From assembly GCF_963921235.1 (NCBI RefSeq), contig NC_086104.1, positions 45,570,001-45,634,000 on the forward strand: a stretch of DNA of 64,000 nucleotides, written 5' to 3'. Each line of letters starts with the position of its first letter. The first letter of the stretch is position 1. Below the pieces are notes generated by a model. It was not told the origin of the DNA. It did not search any database and saw only the letters and a program-made list of their open reading frames with translations. The position numbers and the translations under genes were made by a program. This document shows positions 10,921-22,061 of the stretch, one piece after another. This DNA comes from Mobula hypostoma (Eukaryota).

Positions 10921-13900
10921 CCCTGTTTAATCTTGATACAAAGTATTACATGATAATTAGGTATTAAAAAGTAGTTGTTTGGAGATGGCCCTTCACGGTT
11001 TTTAATAATGTAGTAAGAACTAGGTTTTTGAGGGGACTTCATTTCAAAGTAGTTCGGCCATATTAGTTATATAAGCAATTGATCACATAAATAATTTTTA
11101 AACTAGCTTTCACCATTTAGTCAGTAACTTTTGCTCAGTTACGCTTACATAAAATTTGGCATACATTTGGTAAAATAGCTGTTTCAGCCTTGTCAGCAAA
11201 TACGGTATTCTGCCATCAAATTGAGACCCTTTATCAGAATAAATGCTTTCCTCTATTATTAATAGCAATTCTTGACATTTTCATCAGCAAGGAAAAAAGA
11301 TGGAGCATCAGCTCTGACTACATTTGGCACAATTTGAATAAATTGAAAGTAAATGCTAATTGCTAGCGTTCAGAGACTGCTACTTTGTGAGGACATCTGC
11401 CTATAATTAATCATCAAAGGGATGATTGGTGATTCATGCTTGGCTACTTTTCCTAAGAAATCCGTCATCCACTTGGAGAGTAAAGGTGTGAGTAATATGC
11501 TCTTTAAAAGTTGGAAATAAAATTTCTTGTTGGATCCAACTCCACCAGGTTAAAATATGGAAACAATGTAAATCGCCATGGCTGGCAGTTTCCCACAAAA
11601 GTAAGATCCATATTTGAGCAGAGCTGCTGTAAATTTGAGAGACAGATGCCACTCTGTCACTAGGCGCCACATGGAGTAAGATATAGCGGACCCAATCTTG
11701 CTGGGATTACCCTGCATTAGTGTGGGGAATTTGTCTTTCTGATCCTAAACCAGTCATACTGGGGATAAGACTAGACATCCTATTCATTTCATTGGGAATG
11801 CTTGACTTGCAGAAAGGTGATAAGTACAGTATGCTTTAACTTTTTATTGAGATTTAAAAGTATTTTAATTAACTGTTTTTAAAATAATTTGTTAAGATTA
11901 TGTAGATCACTTTTAGTAGCATTTAAGTGTCTGTGAATACCAGAATTATTTAAGAAACATTTTAAAAGATCATCCCAGTGTTGAGGAGAAATGAAACTGT
12001 TGTCGTGGGCTGTCAGGGTGCTCTGATAATGGGAACTCAGCCCTATGCTAAATGAAGCCTTGCTGAGATGCATGATAGAAAAATGGAGGGGCATATGTGA
12101 GGGAAGGATCGGGTTAAAAGGTCAGCACAACATTGTGGGCCAGAGGGCCTCTACTATGCTGGAATGCTCTATGTCAATTTCTTCTGTGCGAGTAAAGCTA
12201 TCTACTTTCACACCATCCTCCTTGTCAGGATAGCTCTGTTTATAACGCAGGGGTTAGAGGATTTTGAAATCATAGAAAGGAAGGATGTTAAAGCTAGTGA
12301 ATACATCTGAAACAAAAATCAGCTTTATTTATTCAATGACAAATGAGTATAAACCTTATATTAACAATGTTGGACCTGAAGTATTTTGTTTTCTATATCA
12401 AGAGTTCACAACTGTATTTATTTAGGTATTATAGCCTGGATATTCTGTTCTGGTCTGAGGTTACCAGAAATGTGTACAGAATGGGTTGATTTTGACTTTG
12501 CCTGACATCCTGATGGAACAAGTTTGCCAGAGTCCTGGGCATTCTGAACTTTGCAGCCACTACTGCCAGCTGTGAGCTCACTGATGTTGCATCTTGAAAT
12601 GGAAGTGTGTGTGATCAATTGTGATGGAAGTTTGCTCAACATATTCCATGTATTATATCATCCACATTTGGAAAGCCGGTATATTAATGTGTTATGGAAC
12701 AACATGTGAGAGATTGGTAAAATCTCAAGCATTCAGCCAAGATCATCTGAACCCTTCACAATCACCTGTCCTGCTGCTGCTTCATCATTCACTACCACAC
12801 TAGTTTATACATATTACTGAATAATAGGAATGTTTTTTTGTCCAGGCTACCAATTGAAGTGTTCAAATACAATTCTTACTCTGTTAAATGGTGCTGTTTG
12901 AAACTGTTTGAGACTTATTACAGACCACTTAATACATCAACTGTCCACTTCCCTCTAGTAATGCTGCCTGAACTTTGAATTCCTCTATCAGGTTGCTTTT
13001 AGCTCCAGATTCCAGCATCTGTTGCCTCTTGTGTCTTCTCTTAGACTAATTGTTTTACAATTGGGAATATTGTACAGATTGTATAATGTAATACTTAATA
13101 TGTGGTCTGTCAGTATTCTTAACCTACACTCTCCAGTAAATCTGCTTTAACCTGCTTTTGATACGATTCCACATTAAGCTTACTTTTTGTTCTCATTAAA
13201 GCATTCTACGCTAAATTGTGAGGAAAGATTGCAAAAAATATAATTCCAATTCCCTTGAATATAAACAATTGACATTTGATCTGAATGAATATATGAATCT
13301 ATAAAGCTGTGACTGAGTAGAGTACCACTATTTTCACTTTTGGAGTAACAAAGAACAAGGATACATAATGCTATAATTAGACCCAGGCCATTTGGGAGCA
13401 AAATCAGGAATAACTTTCTACCAAAGGTTTGTAGGCCTCTGGAATCCACACCTTCAAAAGCTGAACTGGCAGGTTAATTTGGCCTCTTGAGCTTGAGATT
13501 AGTGCAATCCATTGGCAGAGGACATTGTATAAAAATTGGGAAGTAATGTTGAGCTGCGGTCCAGTTATGCTCTTCGTTAAACGGAAAGCAGACACAAGAG
13601 GCTAAATACCCTTCTCTCTGCTACAGTATTATGTTTCTATTGACTTTATTCAATCTTCAGTGAAAGTTACTTCTTAAGCTGTAGAAGCAGAGTGATATAA
13701 TAAAACTGACATCAGTTGGCAAGACAATCAATTATTAATTTATCTATGAATATTTAATTCGTAAAACTTTATAAGATTGCCATTTAAAACTGTCAAATAT
13801 GCCCCTCACATCATTAAGAAAATGTATTATTCTTGCTTTACCACAGAATGTTTTAAGCCTGTGAAACTTCTTTTGGATCTTTCATCAATCTGTGTGATGA

Positions 13901-14236
13901 TGGATCTTCGATTTAACCTGCAGGTAGTTTCCAGCCAGCTGCAAACCTGAAATCAAAGCATCATCCCAAGTTCATGGGATAATCCTACTCCAGATCTTTG
14001 CTTCTTGGTAGCTCTGTTTAGCCATTCAGCCAAGGCTAAACATGCCTTTTTGGATTTTTTTATTAATCAGTCAAGTTCAATTATTTTTTCTGTACTTTAG
14101 AGAATGTAAAATGACTTTGTTGCATGTGGGATCTCATTGTCTAGAATCTAGACAATGCCAGTGGTGACTTTTTTTCTGAGAGAAATCTCTTAACTCAAAA
14201 ACCCGGGCCAGGGCTCTCACCCTTGATAGCCACCTT

Positions 14237-14417
14237 GATCATGTGGGTACTGACCTTGCGTGCGTTCAAGTTCAACAGTGGGCGTGACAAGGAATGAGGA
14301 AAGGTGCAGCTGACCCATATCGTTTCATATTGCCAAATCATATCGTTTCCTCGCGTCCCGGTAGCACATGCTTTGCGGCCCAGTACTGGTCCGTGGCCCG
14401 GTGGCTGGGAACCACTG
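14237..14417. mobile_element. hAT (Charlie/Buster) terminal fragment
   Basis: Matches 56985-57162; ends in TIR ggctgggaaccactg followed by gtctagat (NTCTAGAN-type target). Confidence 0.85.
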
Positions 14418-15924
14418 GTCTAGATGGTCTCTATTAATGCCAGTGAGTTCTCAAACTAACTTGACTCTGTAAGTAAAATGATATTTAGAATTGTTTGCTA
14501 AATTTTACAAAATGCATATTATTGACCTGCTATCCACTAAGTATTGAAAGTATAATGAATCAAATACAGTTAATTTAGATTTGCAAGGCTTCACCGTTTT
14601 AATGAAAATAATGTTGATGGGGATTCCATATGGTTGCCGTTCCTGCTTTTGGAATGTGTCCACTGAATGAGAATTAAAAGATGAACAAACCTATTGTAGC
14701 AGCTGTACGTGATGTTGTCCAGCACGAGATATTGAATGTAGTGGCTCTGGATGTGTTTGTGTTATTTCTAAATGGCTCATCATTCAGCTAATTTTTATGA
14801 ATTCAATTAAGTTTAGCACTCTCATGGTATAGTTAGCAATGCTCTCACATAGTTGCTGTTAGCGGTACTGAACCACGCAGGCCAAGAAAAGCAAGGTTCG
14901 TTCTCTGATTTGTGTATTGTATGAACTAAGCTCATATGGTGGTGTTGTGTTGAATTGGCACTGAGGAGACCTTAATACTAAGGCTAAGCATAAAGCAAAA
15001 AAAAATGTTTTCTTTATAATAATAATTGATACTTTCAATTCAAGATGATGTTGGTTAAGGACAGCACCATACATGCCAATGAGAAAGCTACACTATTTTT
15101 CAAGATTAAAAAGATATTTGAGTGGAAACTGCAGGAAATACAAAAGAGTTTACTGTTTTTCTCTTATTACTAAGTGCCTGTGTAGGTAGGAAAGCCTTGA
15201 TCAATTCTGTTTTCCTACACTCACTGAGATATTCTCAGGGCTGTATATGGATTATCCTTGCCACTTTTTATGGGCGTGGAATATAAGAATATGGAGATGT
15301 GAGACAAGGTAACCCCTCTCTCATCATTACCACAAAGAGTTTACAGGAAATACCGTTCTTATGAAAAACTTAACAAGGAGTGTTTTGTTGTACTACTCGT
15401 GAACATTTGTTACCATGGTCATTGATCTGCTTATCGCTGTCACTGTCTACAAAGCTCATGTCAGCAAATATGCAGTTAGGTCATTCCAAAATGCCCCAGG
15501 GGATTTCAGCAATAGCAGCCTGGATATTATACCTGACACACTTTCTCCGAATGTTTGCAAATTTATCTAGTCTGACATCACAGAACAGTAGCAGCAGATG
15601 GGATCATCTATTTGTGTGCGGTTGTACTTTCTCTCCCTTTGTCGGTTAGAAGGGACCTTGTAGAATGTGCAAATTCACGACTTCAGCATTAACCCAGCAT
15701 AATAGCACTGCATAACTTTGCCAATAAAAAATGCCTGGACATAGAGTGGGTATCCCCTAGAATTTGGATTTAGTTATTTAGTTACTTCAGAGAGAGGACT
15801 ATGTGGAGGGAAAACTGCGACTGAACTTGTAGTTAAGTATTTCTCAGTGCTTTTTTTTTACTAAAATTATCAAAAGCCCACTGATGAACAGAACTCTTAT
15901 ATGTATGAAACACAAAGCAGATGC

Positions 15925-16665
15925 ACGTGGTGTCATAACCAGGTTTTGAAGAGTCTGGCAGCAGCAATCGAGACCAAGGAGAGAGAAAACTAGAATTACT
16001 GACCTTGCCCTCGAGAATGACTAACACTCTAACAGCAGCTACATTCATCTGGGAGGCAGAGGAAAGTCTAACTAATCTTCTTTCAAGCCAGAAACAGGAC
16101 AGATGAGCATGGCCCGTGACTGGAAAAATGCTGGTGATTTTCAATAAACTACTCACCATTCTACTGGAAATTGCTACCACCAACTTAGGCCAGACTTGGT
16201 TCTCTGGTCCAATTCATTACAGGTCATCTACGTTGTGGAACTCGCAGTCCCATGGGAGGATTCAGTGGCTGAACCATATGAGTGCAAGAGGCTATGCTAT
16301 GCAGATCTAGCAGCTGAGCTCAGCAATGGAGCTGGAAAACCAAAGTTTGTTCTGTGGAAGTGGGTTGTAGCCACATCCACCATCAAGTTGCTGCAGGAGC
16401 TAGGGATCCATGGTCAAACATCAGAGGTGGTGGAAGGAAACATCACTGGATCAAGCGAAGAGACCTCTCCTGGGTTCCAAGATACCAAGATAGCATCTAG
16501 AGAATGGGAAGACACAATGGGGGGTGGGGGGGAGGGGGGAGTGGGGAGTGACTCTTGGGATACCAGAAGTCATCGTCGAGCCCTCTGGAGACGTAGTGGG
16601 CTAACTGATGAAACATCAAGGAAGGAAAGTGTCCATTCGAAAACCCCAGCATGTCAACCCAGCAT
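15925..16665 (+). mobile_element. HERO/R2-group non-LTR retrotransposon 3' fragment (restriction-like endonuclease), decayed
   Basis: TW(R)HNQVLKSLAAAIE, then PDLVLWSNSLQVIYVVELAVPWEDSV..YE.KRL.YADLAAE, i.e. the RH..PD..E..K..Y motif series of RLE domains. Confidence 0.82.
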
Positions 16666-16912
16666 CAAGGCAGTCTTGATAAAGTGCTCAGGACCCTGCG
16701 TTTTTGATTTTTCACCAAATACCCACTTCAGTCCCACAAAGGAGGATTTCTTCCATCCAATAAATGTCCTAGAATATAATATTAGACTTGCTTTATCCTG
16801 TGTAACAAAGTAATATTATTTATATTTGCCATAAGGAAATTGCTACAAAAGAGCAATCTTTATTATATGTGATTTAATAGCCATATATTTCAGAGCACAG
16901 CATAAATTAATA

Positions 16913-17368
16913 CAAGACCATAAGATATAGGAGCAGAATTAGACCATTTGGTCCATTGAGTCTGCTCTGTCATTTCATCATGGTTGATCCATTTTTCCTC
17001 TCAGCCCCAATCTCCTTCCTCCCCTCCCCACTCTCCCGAATCCTAATCAAGAATCTATCAATCTCTGCCTTAACTGCCTGTGGCAAAGAATTCCACTGAT
17101 TCACCACTCTCTGGCTAAAGAAATGCCTCTCCATCTCCATTCTAAAAGGATTCCCTCTATTCTGAGGCTGTGTCCTCTGGACTTAGACTCTCCCAGCATA
17201 GGAAACACCTCTCCATATCCACTCCATCAAGGCCTTTCACCATTTGATAGGTTTCAATCAGGTCACCCTTCATTTTTCTGAATTCTTGTGAATACAGGCC
17301 CAGAGCCATCAAACGCTCTTTACGTGATAAGCTGTTCAATTCTAGAATTATTTTCGTGAACCTCCTTT
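16913..17368 (-). mobile_element. CR1 LINE 3' fragment
   Basis: ERLMALGLYSQEFRKMKGDLIETY; tail seen as agaccataagatatagg on the + strand. Confidence 0.88.
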
Positions 17369-17837
17369 TATGAAATTGCCTTTAATGCTGCACCATAATT
17401 AACTCATGCCTCCGATGTGCCCTATATTGATTGACAAATTTATATATATCATTAAGTAATATTTGATTGAGCCACAAAGGGATCTAAGGACAGATGACCA
17501 TAAACCTGATTGAATAGTTGTGTTTTATGAAGAATGAGGGACAACGAAAAGAAGAGATGTTGGAAGTGAGAATGAATTATAAACCATCCATCTCCATAGA
17601 TGCTGCCTGACCTTCTGAATATTTCCAAGTCTTTATGTTAAACTTTCAAATCATAGTGCTTTGTTAGCTGAAGACATGGCTGCCAATGGGAATGAAGAGA
17701 TGTTGAAATTATAGGGGAATAGGTGTCTTCGGAGTTTGTTTTATATTAGATTATTTGCTGATGGATTTAAAGACGATTCAGTAATCCATCCCTACAACCA
17801 TATGATTTGTTCATGTAAAAACCCTGAGGGAACCCAG

Positions 17838-18455
17838 AGAAACACACGAAATGCTGAAGGAACTCAGATCAGGTTTCATCTGTGGAGGGGAATAAACAGT
17901 TGATGTTTTGGCCTGAGATCCTTCATCAGGTCTAGATAGGAAGGGAAAGCCAGAATAAGAAGCTTGGGAAGAGGGTGGGGATACAAGCTGGCAGGTGACA
18001 GGTGAACTGAGGTGAGGGAGAAGGTAGGTGTGAGGGGTCAGGGGATGAAGTGATAAACTGGAATGTGATAGGTGGAGAAGGAAAAGGGCTGAAGAAGATG
18101 GAATATAATATGAAAGATTAGGACATGGAGAAAGCAAAGGAGGGGGATAATGGGCAGGTGAGAAGAAGGGAAGATGTAGGAGGGGAAACAGAATGGGAAA
18201 TTTAAAAAGAGAAAAGCAGAAGGGGTGGGGAGGGGAAGAAATTACCAGAAGTTAGAGAAGTCAATATTCATGTCATCAGGTTGGAGGTTACCCAGATGGG
18301 ATGTGAGTGTTGCTTGTCCAACCTGAGAGTGGCCTCATCATTGCAGTCGAGAAGACTATGGACTGACATATCAGAATAGGAATGGGAAGTAGAATTAAAG
18401 TAGAAGTAGAGAGGCCATTGGGAAATCCTTCCTGTTGCAGCAGACAGAGAGAGGT
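17838..18455 (-). mobile_element. Penelope-like element 3' fragment (GIY-YIG C-terminus plus pLTR, degenerate hammerhead)
   Basis: FNSTSHSYSDMSVHSLLDCNDEATLRL; minus strand gacCTGATGAaggatctcaggccAAAAcatcaactg at about 17896-17933. Confidence 0.85.
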
Positions 18456-19596
18456 GTCCTGACATGTCAAAATTAAGTGAGTATAGGGTAAAATATAAAT
18501 TTAAAACTTTATCTGTGGATAGCTAGCATCTACAAAGCTTAAATCTGGTTTTGAAAGTGTTAAGTTAATTAATAGAATGCAAGGGTAAATATTTCCCTTT
18601 GTGCAGCTTTTATTTCCTTTAACGTGTAATGTGTCCTAAATGTTCCATGCTGGGGAATTCATTTTCTTTGCTACTTGAGAGAACACAGTAGGGACTATTT
18701 CTACCCATCCAGCAACTACTTAATCTTTTTTTGAAAACATGCTCACCACGCAGCCTTAGTGTCCTCCTGTGCCTCTAAATAAAGAAGGATGCTAAAGTAT
18801 GATGTTGGTTTTAGTGAACTTCTTGCAGTAATTAAAATAAGATGAGCTCTAAATACTCCAGTGAATATGGTGCTAGACAAATATCTGACCAAGAGATGTA
18901 ACATTGGTTACATTGGGTCGTTGTGTGTTCCTGACATAGTTCATCATGAGCACATAAACAGGAGATTTGATCAGCCATTTTCTTGGGCAGAATTAACTAG
19001 TTAAACAGAGAAAGAAGACACTATTCCCCAAATCACCCAATGATTCTTTATCAACTGTGTCTATAAATATAAAAACATAATAAAATGGGACAAGAACAAA
19101 ATAAAAAATAATCATCAGGTCAGGCAACATTTGTAGTGAAAGTTAAGTTTCAAGTCAATGATCTTTCACATGGTGAATGGTGTCAGATTTACAGTATCAA
19201 CAGTATATTGAATTTAGAGAAATATCACATGGATGTAAGAAAAAGAAAATAAGAGCAGGACTAGGCCCCTAAGTCTGCTCTACCATTCAATTTGATCAAG
19301 GCTGGTCTATTGCGAGGGATATTACATAGGTCGTAATTTTTGCTCCTTAAAATGATCTACCTCTGCTTAACTTGCTTCAAATGAGACTGCCATTACAACT
19401 CTCTGGGATAGAGCATTCCAAAGATTTGCTACCCTCTGCAAGAAAAAATTTCAAAGTACTCTGTTTTTAAATTATATAATCTCACTTGATTTAAGGCCCT
19501 CTAGCCAGAAGTCTGCGTAATTCTGACCCTTGCATCTCTCTAGGTATCTTCGGTGCTTCATTGAGATAATGTTTCATCTTTCTAAACACCATAAAG

Positions 19597-19676
19597 CAGG
19601 GGTTCCCAACCTGCTGTCTACAGAACCCGTGCTTAATGCTATTGGTCCATGGCATGAAAACGGTTGGGAACCGCTG
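19597..19676. mobile_element. 80-bp hAT MITE inside an old CR1 3' remnant
   Basis: TIRs caggggttcccaacc / ggttgggaaccgctg; 8-bp TSD ccataaag (19589-19596) / ccatagag (19677-19684). Confidence 0.9.
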
Positions 19677-20602
19677 CCATAGAGGCAGCTTGACCCTCAT
19701 GCAACACCAACGTCATCTCAGGGATCAGTCTGGTAAATCTACACCTGCACAAAGTAAAGTCTCGAGTATGAAGTGAAAAAAAAATATGGTGCAGTTTTAC
19801 AAAAGAACCATATAATTCTAAGAAGGTGAAATGTTGCCTTTCCGATTCATTGCTATATTTTTATGCAAAATATTTAAATGAAGGATCTGTCTCCGGAGAC
19901 CAGTTGGACCTCGATCTCCATTTAAACTACAAGTGGGAAGGTGCAGGCTTGTTTGGAAAAGGTTTGATTTTTTTAACACCAGAGAATGCAGGATCATACC
20001 AAAACAAAATATTCCTCTATGTATACCAGAATGTAAGGAACACAAATCTGTCCGTTTTGGGGAATTAAAATTTCTCGCTTTATCATCTTCTTTATAATCT
20101 AAATGATCTCCTTTTCAAGAGTGTCTCTAAAGTTTTGGATAAAATGTCAGTTTATAAAATATGTGTAACTAAATATGTTACAGCACCATGAGTTAGCAAA
20201 TAATTAGCACCTGATTAAATAAAACAATAATGTTCAATAAGTGATCAGAAAGCCTTTTTTAAAAAAACAATAGTTCTATAATAACCAAAACCTTTAAGAC
20301 GCTCTACTGAACTACAAGAGATGAGTATAAAGAATTCAATCATCTTTTCTTCCACAAATCAACAGTGACATGTACCTTTCTGCTTGTCACCATATTACTT
20401 CGGGCAGGTTTCGGAGTAAAACAGGTCCCAGCTGACACACATTATTCAAACTGCCTGATTGCAGCAGTGTTTTTCAACACTATAACCTGGATAAAATATT
20501 CGTAGCATATTCTGATGTGAAGCTTGCCTGTAACAGATTCAGTGTCCGAAAGGAAAGAAAGTGAGATTGCAGAGTTCATACAATCAAGAAACTGCATCAA
20601 TA

Positions 20603-20720
20603 TACCAGTCCGAAACATTGACTGTGCTCTCTTCCACTAATGCTGCCTGGCCTGCTGAGTTCCCTCAGCATTTTGTGTGTGTTGCTTGGGTTTCCAGCAT
20701 CTGCAGATTTTCTCTTGTTT
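20603..20720 (+). mobile_element. Short PLE pLTR-derived insertion
   Basis: ccgaaacattgactg...gctgcctggcctgctgagttc...ctgcagattttctcttgttt; 15-bp imperfect TSD gaaactgcatcaata / gaaaatgcatcagta. Confidence 0.85.
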
Positions 20721-20748
20721 GAAAATGCATCAGTAAATGGCTTCCGAA

Positions 20749-21013
20749 GTTGCGTTTTAAACTTCTGTTGTATATTTAATATTTTAGTAATATTCTAAAT
20801 ATATTGATTGATTAAGCACTTTTGATCATTTAAATAATTCATTCCAGGTTATATGTAAAAGTACGTGAATGGCATACGTCATCACGCCTCTATGTCATAC
20901 AGGCATGCCTTGCTTAAAGTAAAAATTAATGTATATGTGTTATCTCCCAGCCTCCTCTATTTCCTTTCAATTAGTTTTTATATTTTGGAGTTTTTGGAGT
21001 TACAAAATCTCAC
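20749..21013. repeat. Possible solo LTR or MITE
   Basis: Weak inverted termini (gttgcgttttaaacttc ... ggagttacaaaatctcaca), with cttcc near both ends. Confidence 0.3.
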
Positions 21014-21446
21014 ACTTCCCATCTGTTATGTCTTACGGTCACTGCTCCCACTCAATTTTTCTCCCTTAATTTTGTTTCTATTTTTTATTTCAATCCACAA
21101 TGGCAATGACCCTCTGAAATTTCCTCATCAGCTCCTTACAAAGGTTTGAAGGTGCTGTCCTGCTCTCTTATATTCCTTGTATTTTGCTGCAGATAAACAG
21201 GATTTTGGAATCTAACAATGCACACCAAGACGTTCAGATCTGTGATTTTCATCTTCTCATGTGAATGGTATAGGTGTCCTGTGCAGAAGGGGGCCATGAC
21301 AACACATGATGCTTGCTCCCTTTTATTGGAGAACTGCTCAAGTTGGACCAGACTGTGGAGTCCAACACCAAAAGCTTTTATTTGAGTATTGGGCAAGGAG
21401 AGATTAGAGGGGTCAGTTTTCTCCTGCAATCCTCCAGTACTCCTGT

Positions 21447-22061
21447 TTGAGTACTGTTGGGGGGGACAGCTTACCTGGGGGAAGCGACAGTGGCCGTGCC
21501 GCCGGCACAGAGTCCGGCCCTGTAGCTCAGAAGGGTAGGGAAAGGAAGAGGAGGGCAGTTGTGATAGGGGACTTGATAGTAAGGGGGTCAGATAGGCGAT
21601 TCTGTGGATGCAGTCCAGAGACCCTGATGGTAGTTTGCCTCCCTGGTGCCAGGGTCCGGGATATTTCTGATCGTGTTCAAGATATCCTGAAGTGGGAGGG
21701 TGAGGAGCCAGAGGTTGTGGTACATATAGGTACCAATGACATAGGTAGGAAATGGGAAGAGGTCCTGAAAGGAGAATATAGGGAGCTAGGAAGGGAGTTG
21801 AGAAAAAGGACCGCAAAGGTAGTAATCTCGAGATTACTACCTGTGCCACGCGACAGTGAGAGTAGGAATGCGATGAGGTGGAGGATAAATGCGTGGCTGA
21901 GGGATTGGAGCAGGAGGCAGGGATTCAAGTTTTTGGATCATTGGGACCTCTTTTGGCGCAGGTGTGACCTGTACAAAAAGGACGGGTTACACTTGAATCC
22001 TAGGGGGACCAATATCCTGGCAGGGAGATTAGCGAGGGCTACTGAAGTGACTTTAAACTAG
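21447..22061 (+). pseudogene. CR1 ORF1 fragment, SGNH/GDSL esterase-like domain
   Basis: VIGD(L)IVRG, CLPGA, VHIGTND, DGLHLN blocks; the catalytic Ser position reads TTG (Leu), consistent with TCG CpG decay; no native start. Confidence 0.9.

Noticed and set aside
16605-16614. CTGATGAAAC in the HERO-like 3' UTR as a hammerhead
   Set aside because: No stem II between CTGATGA and GAAA; the two boxes overlap.
19885-19930. Collagen-like LNGDRGPTGLR on the minus strand
   Set aside because: Only three Gly-X-Y triplets, the register then breaks, and there is no donor site.
21421-21445. TSD for the young CR1
   Set aside because: Only tactc is shared with the 3' flank, and it may be part of the element; too short to call.
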